From Trueperaceae bacterium (GTDB taxonomy: Bacteria > Deinococcota > Deinococci > Deinococcales > Trueperaceae), in contig OZ243913.1 in assembly GCA_965213705.1 (NCBI GenBank), positions 3,040,001 to 3,104,000 on the forward strand: a DNA stretch of 64,000 nt. Reading direction: 5' to 3'. Below, piece by piece: positions 27,581 through 36,300 of the stretch. Both the position numbers and the translations under genes were made by a program. Under the pieces are notes generated by a model. It ran no database searches. It was not told the origin of the DNA and worked only from the letters and a program-made list of their open reading frames with translations. The number at the start of each line of letters is the position of its first letter. The first letter of the stretch is position 1.

Positions 27581-29128
27581 TTATTCCAGCCAGGTCGTTC
27601 GCAGCCCGAGGTAACTCGTGTTCGGAAAGTGCTCGAAGCCCCGAACGTTATTGCGGATCGCCTCGTACTGCGCGGAGTGGTACAGGAAAATGTGCGGCGC
27701 TTCGTCGAGAATCAGGTTTTGCGCTTCGGTGTAGATGGTTTTGCGCTCCTCCGGGTCGGCCGCTTGACGGCCCTGCTCCAACAGCGCGTCCAGCTCGGAG
27801 TTACTGTACAGCCCCAAGTTGCCGCCGCCGCCCGTGTGGAACACGTCGTACAAAAAGTCGTCCGGGTCGCTCTGGCCCGACTCGCCCAGGATCGTCGCGT
27901 CAAAGTCGTTCTCTAAGACTCTGGGTAAATAGATGCTCCAGTCTTCCGGCACGATGTTGACCGTCACGCCGATGTCGGCCAAGTTCGCCTGGATAATCTC
28001 GGCCGGCGTGCGCAGAAAGTCGTAGGTGCTGGTGACGTAGAGGTCGAAGGTGAAACCGTCCGGGTAGCCCGCTTCGGTGAGGAGTTCCCTGGCTTTTTGG
28101 ACGTCGCGGCCGTCGTAGGGGCTGGACTCCACGGCGTAAAACTGGCCCACCGGGACCGTCGTGCCGGTCGCGGCGACCCCGCCGGTGCCGAACAGGGCGA
28201 CGTCCACCACCTCTTGTTCATCGACGGCGTAAGCGAGCGCCTCGCGCACGAGTTTGTTGTCGAAGGGCGGGCGGGTCACGTTGAGGTAGATGCTGCGAAA
28301 GTTCGCCGACAAACCGCCCACGACCTCGACCTCGGGGTCGGCCCGAAGGATGTCCACGTCGGGCGCGGGCACGTACTCGACAAAGTCGGCGTTGCCGGTT
28401 TGAATGGCGGTCGTGCGGGCGGTCGGTTCGGGATAAAAGGTGAAAGTGACGCCGTCTAAGTAGGGCAGCGGGTTACCGCCCTCGTCGGTGCCCCAAAAGT
28501 TCTCGTTTTTCTCCAAAACGAGTCGCGTTTGCGGCACGTACTCGGCGAACCGGAACGGCCCGGTGCCGACGACGACACTGTTGAGGTCGTTCCCGTTGGC
28601 AAGCGCCACCTCTTCGGAGACGATGACGTTGAGGCTTTGCGCCAACTTGGCGAGCAACGGGCTGAACGGCTCGGACAGGGTGATGACGACGGTCGAATCG
28701 TCGGGCGCGCTGACCGACTCGACGACCGCGAAGTCGCCCGAGCGGGGCGAGGCTATTTCCGGGTCGACGATGCGTTGCAGCGAAAACACCACGTCCGACG
28801 CCCTCAGCGGCGTGCCGTCGTGAAAAGTGACGCCGTCGCGCAGCTCGAACGTCCAGGTGAGGCCGTCCTCGCTCGCCACCCAGGACTCGGCCAGACCGGG
28901 CACGATTTTGAGGCTGCTGTCGAACATCACCAGGGTGTCGTAGACGTTCTCGAGCATGTTGCGGGTCGAGGTGGCTTGCGTCGAGTGCGGGTCGAGGCCG
29001 ACCGGGTCGGTCTGCATCCCGGCACGGAGCACGCCGCCGTATTGAGGAGTGGATTCAGATTGGGCCGCGGCCAGCGTCGCGACGAAACCGAAACCTAAAA
29101 GAACCAGCAGGACGAAAAAACGCTTCAT
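27581..29128 (-). CDS. Peptide/nickel ABC substrate-binding protein (family 5)
   Basis: Signal peptide MKRFF..., PGLAESW, LRDGVTFHDG, GTGPF. Confidence 0.93.
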   Translation of the reverse strand: MKRFFVLLVLLGFGFVATLAAAQSESTPQYGGVLRAGMQTDPVGLDPHSTQATSTRNMLENVYDTLVMFDSSLKIVPGLAESWVASEDGLTWTFELRDGVTFHDGTPLRASDVVFSLQRIVDPEIASPRSGDFAVVESVSAPDDSTVVITLSEPFSPLLAKLAQSLNVIVSEEVALANGNDLNSVVVGTGPFRFAEYVPQTRLVLEKNENFWGTDEGGNPLPYLDGVTFTFYPEPTARTTAIQTGNADFVEYVPAPDVDILRADPEVEVVGGLSANFRSIYLNVTRPPFDNKLVREALAYAVDEQEVVDVALFGTGGVAATGTTVPVGQFYAVESSPYDGRDVQKARELLTEAGYPDGFTFDLYVTSTYDFLRTPAEIIQANLADIGVTVNIVPEDWSIYLPRVLENDFDATILGESGQSDPDDFLYDVFHTGGGGNLGLYSNSELDALLEQGRQAADPEERKTIYTEAQNLILDEAPHIFLYHSAQYEAIRNNVRGFEHFPNTSYLGLRTTWLE

Positions 29129-29254
29129 GGTGTAACCTTTCCGGCTCACTTGACTGAACCCAAACGGAACGAAAACGGGGGCGGACTGAGCGAAACTGAA
29201 AAACTCTACCAAATTTCTCAGACCTGAGAAAGCCGCTTTCCAAAACCTCCCGTT

Positions 29255-30115
29255 TCAGCCGGACTTCAGACGCGGGTCGAGAACGTCTCTCAGACCGTCG
29301 CCCAACAAGTTGAAGCCGAGCACTGCGACCATGATAGCCAATCCGGGCGCAACTGTGGCCCAAGGGCTCAGCGCCAAAAAGCGCCGGTTCTCCGCAATCA
29401 TCTGACCCCAGCTCGGCGCGGGCGGCGGCGTGCCGAGGCCCAAAAACGACAAGCCCGCTTCTATGAGGATGGCGTAGGCGAGCCGCAAGCTGACCTCGAC
29501 GATGATGGGGGCGAGGGCGTTGGGCAAGAGCGTCAGAAACAGGGTGCGCGCGTCGGAACTCCCGGCGGCGCGGCTCGCCTCGACGAACAACTCTTCGCGC
29601 AGCGCCAAAACCGCGGCGCGCGCCACTCGAGCGAACGGCCCCACGTAAACGATGCCGACGGCGAGAACCAAGCTGCCGAACCCGCTGCCCAAAAAAGCCA
29701 GCAGCGCAATCGCTAGGAGCACCGCTGGAAACGACAGCAAAATATCGGTGAAGCGCATGACGAGCACGTCCAGCAGGCCGCCGTAATAGCCCGCGAACAG
29801 TCCCAAGAGCGTGCCGACCAAGCTGGATACCAAAATCGCCACGCCCGCGACCGAAAGCGAGGTGCGCCCGCCGTATACGACGCGCGAAAACGTGTCGCGC
29901 CCGTACTGGTCGGTGCCTAAGAGATGTGTGGTGGACGGCCCCTGCAAACGGTCGGGCGAGTTGAGGGCTACGGGGTCGTAAGGCGCGACGACGGGCGCGA
30001 ACACGGCGCTCAAAACGACCAGCGTGATGAGCAGCAGGCCCGTCGCCCCCGAAACGTTTTTGAGGAGTTTCTCAAAGTTGAGGGCAATCCGTCCTCCGGC
30101 TGACGCCCTGAACAC
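29255..30115 (-). CDS. Peptide ABC permease (DppC-like)
   Basis: LGTDQYGRD, FVEASRAAG, EAGLSFLGLG, NLLGDGLRD; GTG start at 30115 is uncertain. Confidence 0.9.
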   Translation of the reverse strand: MFRASAGGRIALNFEKLLKNVSGATGLLLITLVVLSAVFAPVVAPYDPVALNSPDRLQGPSTTHLLGTDQYGRDTFSRVVYGGRTSLSVAGVAILVSSLVGTLLGLFAGYYGGLLDVLVMRFTDILLSFPAVLLAIALLAFLGSGFGSLVLAVGIVYVGPFARVARAAVLALREELFVEASRAAGSSDARTLFLTLLPNALAPIIVEVSLRLAYAILIEAGLSFLGLGTPPPAPSWGQMIAENRRFLALSPWATVAPGLAIMVAVLGFNLLGDGLRDVLDPRLKSG

Positions 30116-30120
30116 AAACC

Positions 30121-31071
30121 TCAACCGTAGCGGATGCGCGGGTCGATGAGGGAATATGCGAGGTCGACGAGCAAGTTGACGAGGATGAACGCGCCCGCGA
30201 TGAAAATAATCGCGCCCTGCACCACCGGGTAGTCGCGCAGGTTGATGCCCTCGAGCGCAAACCGCCCCACCCCCGGCAGACTGAACACCTGCTCGATGAT
30301 AATCGAGCCGCCCAGCAGCGCCCCGAACTGCAAACCGATGACCGTGATGACCGGGATGAGCGCGTTGCGCAGCGCGTGCCGGTAGGTGACGCGCGGCTCG
30401 GCGAGTCCTTTGGAGCGGGCGGTGCGGACAAAGTCGCGGCTCAAGACCTCCAACATGCTGGAGCGCACGATGCGGGTAAGCGCCGCAGCCAGCACCAACC
30501 CGAGCGAAACCGCGGGCAAAACCATGTGCTCTAAGTTGGCGAGCGGCGCTTCGGCAAAGGGGACGTAACCCGCGGGCGGCAACCACCTCAGTTTGAGCGA
30601 GAACAGCAAAATGAGCAGGATGCTTAGAAAAAACCCCGGAATCGACAACCCCAGCAGCGCAAACACCGACACGAGCGCGTCGAGGAGTTTACCCCGGTGC
30701 AGCGCGGCGGCGACGCCCAACGGCACCGCGACCGCGAGCGCGACGAGCAAACTGAGCAGGGTGAGCTCGAGCGTCACCGGAAAGCGCAGCGCTAAGTCCG
30801 TGAGGATAGGTCGCCCGGTGCGCAGCGAACTGCCCAAGTCCCCCTGCAACAGCGCCCCGAACCATTGTATAAACTGTTCGTGAACGGCTAAGTCGAGCCC
30901 GAACATGCGCCGCATTTCAGCTAAGCGCTCGGCGCTCACGTTGCCTTCTAACCCCACCAACTGCGTGACCACGTCGCCGGGCACCGCCCGCATCAGCACA
31001 AACGTCAGCAAGACCACGCCGAACAGGGCGGGAACCCCGAGCAACAGCTGCCGGAGAAAATAAAGAAGCAC
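30121..31071 (-). CDS. Peptide ABC permease (DppB-like)
   Basis: GDLGSS, RTARSKGL, HALRNA, IDPRIR. Confidence 0.92.
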   Translation of the reverse strand: MLLYFLRQLLLGVPALFGVVLLTFVLMRAVPGDVVTQLVGLEGNVSAERLAEMRRMFGLDLAVHEQFIQWFGALLQGDLGSSLRTGRPILTDLALRFPVTLELTLLSLLVALAVAVPLGVAAALHRGKLLDALVSVFALLGLSIPGFFLSILLILLFSLKLRWLPPAGYVPFAEAPLANLEHMVLPAVSLGLVLAAALTRIVRSSMLEVLSRDFVRTARSKGLAEPRVTYRHALRNALIPVITVIGLQFGALLGGSIIIEQVFSLPGVGRFALEGINLRDYPVVQGAIIFIAGAFILVNLLVDLAYSLIDPRIRYG

Positions 31072-31127
31072 AGCAGTCAGTATGACACTTTCGACCCGGA
31101 CGCTCGAGCCCGACTAGGGTTGGCACC

Positions 31128-31445
31128 TCAAGGAACCGTCGTCACGACCTCTTCGGAAATCAAGAAGACGGGGTCGGCGATGTTTTCTAAGTCCCGCTCG
31201 AGCTGCCGCTGCGCCTCCTCGCTGAAAAAAGCGGCTTCCAAATCCTTGAGCGTCGCAAAGTACGCTTCGGTGACGTAGCGGTAGCGGGGCGGGCCCAATG
31301 GGGTCTCGAGCCCCACGTAAAAGTCCGTCCTGAGGACGCCGGGGGCGTTTGAATTGCTCGCCTGGTGGGGGCCGGTGCGCCAGGCCAGAAAAGCCTCGTG
31401 GTCGGCTCCGGCGGGCAGGTTGTACAAAACGGTGAGTTTGACCAT
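31128..31445 (-). CDS. EthD-like dimeric alpha-beta barrel protein
   Basis: MVKLTVLY...H...PGV...EAYF...LEAAF.SEE pattern. Confidence 0.65.
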   Translation of the reverse strand: MVKLTVLYNLPAGADHEAFLAWRTGPHQASNSNAPGVLRTDFYVGLETPLGPPRYRYVTEAYFATLKDLEAAFFSEEAQRQLERDLENIADPVFLISEEVVTTVP

Positions 31446-31492
31446 AGGCGTAGTTATATCTTGTCGTTCATGTTTTTGTCGCCCCGGACGGC

Positions 31493-33361
31493 CTACTGAA
31501 TTTTCACCCTGAACTGCACGTAGCCCGATTCACCGAACGACATCTTGTCCTTGTTGCAAACCCCGCCGGGAGTGGTGCCGTTGCCGCCGGTCAGCGTGAC
31601 GCGCAACGTGGTGCGGCCGGAGTTGGGCGCGGTACTGGCCCCGTAGTTCGGGCTGGCAACGTCTAAGTCGATAGGTTGGGCGGCGGCACCCGGACAGGTG
31701 AACTCCAGCTCGCCCGCGCCGTACTGGTTCGTTTGCAACGTCGTGTAAAAAGGCAACGCGTCCGTCAAGGAAATGTCGTAGCTGCTTCCTCCTTGGCTCA
31801 AGTAGGTGACGCGGTACTCGAGGACGTCCCCCGGCAAGCCGGTGTTGTTGGTCCTGAACACGCCGCCGCGCGTGACGTTGCGGACCTCCTTGACGAGTTC
31901 CAAAGCCGCGCGGGGGGTGTCGTCGCTGGCAACGACCGCCGTCGCCGAGGCGTAACTCGCCAGACCGTACACGTGGGTGTCGACGAAGGCCGAGTCGCCG
32001 AACGAAGAGCTGGTAAAGTTGCCCCAGGTGTGCCTGAACGCGCCCGACGCTTGCCCGACGACCGACACCTGCCCCAAAGGGCGCGTGCTGCCGCCGTTCC
32101 CCGCTTTGTTGGGGTTGAAACCGGTTAAGTCGTCCCAGTAGACCGGCACACCGTAGAGGCTTTTGTCGGTGTTGACGCCGTAAATGGTCAAGCCGTTCTG
32201 AGTACCGCCGCCGCTCGTCTCGGCGTCGCTGGCGACGAAGTGATACTCCCCGATGCGGCCCTGGACTTGGGCATGGTAAACGCCGTTCGGAAGTACAGCG
32301 TTGCGGTTGTCACGCCCGTTCCAAACGACCGAATTAACGCCCGCCGCCATCGTGCCGAACAGGTACACGTCGTCCACTTCGCTGCCGTCCACGACGACGC
32401 TGTTGCCGAACACCCCGTCCTGGTTGGCGTCGATGGTGATGAGGTAACGGCCCGGTACGTCGCTCGTAAACTTAAAGACCCCCGAGTCCTGCACCCCCGC
32501 CGAGCTGCCGGGCGAAATGGTCTGGTCGACGCCGCTGTTGTCGGTAAAGGTGATGTCGGAAAGTTGGGGTGCCGAGGTGGGCGGCGGCAGCACGTTCACG
32601 GGATAACCCAAGTAAATCGGATACTTTTCGCTCACGCTGTTGCCCGCCTGCGGCACGCTGTAGATAACGTTGGCGGCGTCCACCCCCTTGTCGTTCGCGA
32701 CAAGGTCGTAGCCGTAGCCTGCAAAGTTGTTGAGGTCGAGCTGCCACACGAAGTTGGTGTTGGGCCGCCCGCCCGGCACGAGGATGTAGTAGTCGGCGTC
32801 GGTCGACTTGTTTTCTGTAAACGCGCCCGCACTGTAAGCCCAGTTGTAAGCAAACACGCGCCCGGCGGCGAGTTTCGGGTTCGGCTTCGTCGCCGTGTTC
32901 GGCGTCACCGTGATGTCGAAGCGGCTGAGAAGGTCTGAGGTGGCGTTGTATAGTCGCAACTGGTAAGTACCGGCAGGCAGACCCGAGGTACTGGGCGACC
33001 ACTTGAAGGCGGTGGGCGGGTCGAGTTCGGTCGGATAGGTCGTCGCCGAAAAGCCGCAGAAACCGGTCTGGGTTTCTTTGAGGGCGTTGGGCGACTTGTA
33101 GTGCAACGTTGCGCCGTTCGCACTCCTGACCTCGAAGTAGACGTTGTCGTTCGAGCTGCTGCCGCGCCCGCACAAAGACACGTTCACGACCTCGGTGGCC
33201 GAGGTGAAAACGACGTATTGAGGGTGGGTAGCGGTCGCGAAGTTGGCCGCCGAAGAGTCGTACTCGTAAAGAGCTTGGGTTAGGCCGACCTGCCATGACC
33301 CTTCGGAAAAAGTGGTAGCACCAAACATAAAGGCCAGCAGACCCAAGCAAACCCGTACCAT
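31493..33361 (-). CDS. Secreted protein with C-terminal truncated DUF11 domain (putative tip adhesin)
   Basis: Hydrophobic N-terminus, beta-rich N-domain, DANQDG loop, WNGRD...LPNGVY (FlgD-like), then LELVKEV...PGDVLEYRV...LTDALP...VQFRVKIQ-stop. Confidence 0.75.
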   Translation of the reverse strand: MVRVCLGLLAFMFGATTFSEGSWQVGLTQALYEYDSSAANFATATHPQYVVFTSATEVVNVSLCGRGSSSNDNVYFEVRSANGATLHYKSPNALKETQTGFCGFSATTYPTELDPPTAFKWSPSTSGLPAGTYQLRLYNATSDLLSRFDITVTPNTATKPNPKLAAGRVFAYNWAYSAGAFTENKSTDADYYILVPGGRPNTNFVWQLDLNNFAGYGYDLVANDKGVDAANVIYSVPQAGNSVSEKYPIYLGYPVNVLPPPTSAPQLSDITFTDNSGVDQTISPGSSAGVQDSGVFKFTSDVPGRYLITIDANQDGVFGNSVVVDGSEVDDVYLFGTMAAGVNSVVWNGRDNRNAVLPNGVYHAQVQGRIGEYHFVASDAETSGGGTQNGLTIYGVNTDKSLYGVPVYWDDLTGFNPNKAGNGGSTRPLGQVSVVGQASGAFRHTWGNFTSSSFGDSAFVDTHVYGLASYASATAVVASDDTPRAALELVKEVRNVTRGGVFRTNNTGLPGDVLEYRVTYLSQGGSSYDISLTDALPFYTTLQTNQYGAGELEFTCPGAAAQPIDLDVASPNYGASTAPNSGRTTLRVTLTGGNGTTPGGVCNKDKMSFGESGYVQFRVKIQ

Positions 33362-36300
33362 TTAGTTGCCACCCCCCGTCGGCGCGGCGCGGCCGCAGGT
33401 CCACTGCTCGTCGAACACCGCGTCGAGCCGCACGAACACGCCGCTGCCGCCGTAAACCGCGCCGTAGTCGCGGTCCAGACCGCCCAGGTTGTAACCCGCC
33501 ACGCCGTAAACGCCGCAACCGAGGCGCTGTGAGACTTCCAGACCGACGCCGAAAGCGCGCTCTTGGACAGTCCAGTCGTTGAAAAGCCGGGCTTGAACCA
33601 GCACGTTGCCGCCCTGCCAAGCGTAAAAGCCGCCACCCACGTTGACGAGGTCTAAGTAGTTCTCCCCGACCAGGTAGCGGTAGGCGTAGCCGAAGCGCAG
33701 GTCGTAGCGCTCGCCGAGCGTCCAAGTCGCTCGAGAGTCGCCCCACACGCTGTCGCCCTGTCCTATACTGCCCCGTCCTGTGCCGCCTCCCCGGGACAGC
33801 GCACCGAACTGGGCTTCGTTGTTCGTGAGCAGGGCGAGGCGTTTGCCCCGGTAAGCGCCCGCGACGCCGAAACTCGCGCCCGAGCCCTGGGCGCTGTCGT
33901 ACAGGTAAGTGCCGGTCACGCTGCCGTAGAGACGGTCCGACAGGGCAAAGGTGCTGCCGCCGACAACGACGTGCTTCGAGGCGGCCGGGTTCCAGGAGAC
34001 TTCATAACGGAGCGCCGCGTCCACTGTGTCGGTGTCGTAGTTCGCGCCGGCGCGCACCGCGACCTGCGTGTCGGTTTGCGCGCCGCCCTGTACGCCGTCC
34101 GCGCTGGACAAGCCGCGGCGGTACTCCGCGCCGAACTGCAGGCTCAGGGTTTCGCTCAGCGGCAACGTCGTGTCCAGACCGAGACGCACCCGCCCGGCCG
34201 CCGCGCTCACCCCGCCCGGAAGTTCGTACTGCGCGGTCACGGTGGTGCTGCCGCCGGACAAGTTGCCGAGTGCGCGCGACGGGTCCGCGCAGTTCAGGGT
34301 GCGGCACAGACTCGCCCGGACGCGGTCGTGTTGCAGGGTCGCCTCGAGCCCCAGCAACAACGCGTTACTGTCGCCCCACACCAGTTCGTCGCTGAGGGTG
34401 AGGCTCAAAAACTCGAGCAGGGGAAAAGCGGCGCTGAACTGGGTAACGCTGCGCGCGTCCGCGCCCAGGCCCTGGCGGTGAACGACGCCCAAGCGGCTCC
34501 CCTGCCAACCGAACAGGTCATAAAGGTTGCCGCCGACCAGTGGACGCAGCAAACCGCCTTCTAAATTCGCCCCGAACTGCAGGTCGAAGCCCTCACCCCG
34601 GTACAGCCCGAGCGCGTCGGCGCTCAAGTCGGTGTTGCCCGCCGTGGCCGACAAACTGGTGCGCGCCGCCACGCTGAAAGCCGAGGAAAACGCGTAGCTT
34701 GCGGCGGCCTCCAACGTGTGGCCTGCCGCTCCCAGCGCGGTCGGCGAGCGGTAACCTGCCGACACGAAGCGCCAACCGGCTTCGGCGTTGAGCGCGTCGG
34801 CGCTGTAGAGCAACCGGGTCGTGACGGCCACGCCGCCGGAACTTTCGCTGACGCCGTACGCGACTTCGGCGTCGGCGCGGACACCGCTACCCTCGTAACT
34901 CGCCCCGCCCGCCACGACGCGGTTGTAGCTGAGGTCGCTGCTCGTTTCCTGCGCCACGCCGAGCCGAAACTTGGCGCCGCCCAGCCCGACCTCGGCCTGC
35001 GCGCCCGCTTGCAAGTAGCGCGCCGCGTTGCCTGCGGCCAAGGTGTAGCTGAGCCGCAAATAGTAGACGTCGCCGCGGGCGTCTACGAGGGGTACGGGCT
35101 TGAAAAGCTCGAGCAGGCCCGTCTCTTCGTTTATCCGGAAGTCCTTCAGGGGCACCAGGACGCGGGTCACCGGGTCGAGGTCGTCCTCGGGCACGCTCAC
35201 GCCGAGGCCGTCTTTTTTGACAACCTCGACGCGCAGCGTGTTGGGCTCAATGGGCGCGTCCGGCACGAAGCGCAGACTTGTCCCGTCGCTTTTCAGGTCG
35301 ACGACGCGCATGTCGGTGACACCGTTGAAGGCCGCGTAAGCGCGCACGCCGAAGTCCACGCCCTCGTGCGCGCCCACATAGACGCCGCTCAGGCCGGTGT
35401 AGAACCGGCCCAGGTCGAGAAAGCCGCTCAGCGGCGTCGTAAAGTCGCCGTACTGAAGGTAACTCTCGTCGCGTTCCAACCGTGCGTAGACCCCTTGGCG
35501 GCTCTCGGCCCCGTAGCTGGCCGCGCCGCTGCTGCCGGGCACGGGAAAAGCTTGATAAGGATTGCTGTCGGCGGGTCCCAAATCGGCAAACGGGTAGCGC
35601 GCCGCCAGGGTCAACAAATAGTCGCCGAGAACGCGGCCTCGAGCGAAAAAGCTGCCGCCCACGCCGAACTCAAACCCCTCACCGTAAGCCGCCCCGACGC
35701 TGCCCGTCCCGCTCACAAGCCAGGGGCGCAAGTTGCTCGTCACCTTTACCGTCTGGCTTTGAAACGTTTCACCCACCAAGACCCTGAGGACGACCTCGGT
35801 GGGTTCGGCGAGGGGCGCGAGCTTTAAGCGCGCGTGGCCGGCCTTCGAGCGAAGCTGAAACCCGACCTCCTCGCTGGCGTCTGCCGAAGCTAGGCCCGCA
35901 CCCTCGACCTCCAGGGTGACGAACCCGTCCAGCGTCGCGTTGCCCCAGGCGTCGGTCACGACGAGGTCCAGCGCGAGCGGCGTGGCCGAGTCGGCGACGA
36001 GCGGCGTCAGGGGCGTGAGGGTAAACCCGGCGGCAGGGCCGGAAAAATAGACGGTGACGCTGTCGCTGACAACCTCGCCGTCCAGGGCGCTCTCGAGCCG
36101 CACCTCGTTCGGGCCGGGCTGCAAGGGCACGCCGACGAAGTCGTAGGTTTGACGGTTCAGGTTGGGGTCGAAGACGCGCTGACCGACGGTGTCAGCGGCG
36201 ACGGGTTCGCCGTTCACCGTAAGGGTCACCTCGCTGTTCAAGGGCGTGTCCGTGCTCACCGTGACGCGGTCGCGCTCGCGCAGCACCAACCCGGGGGCCG

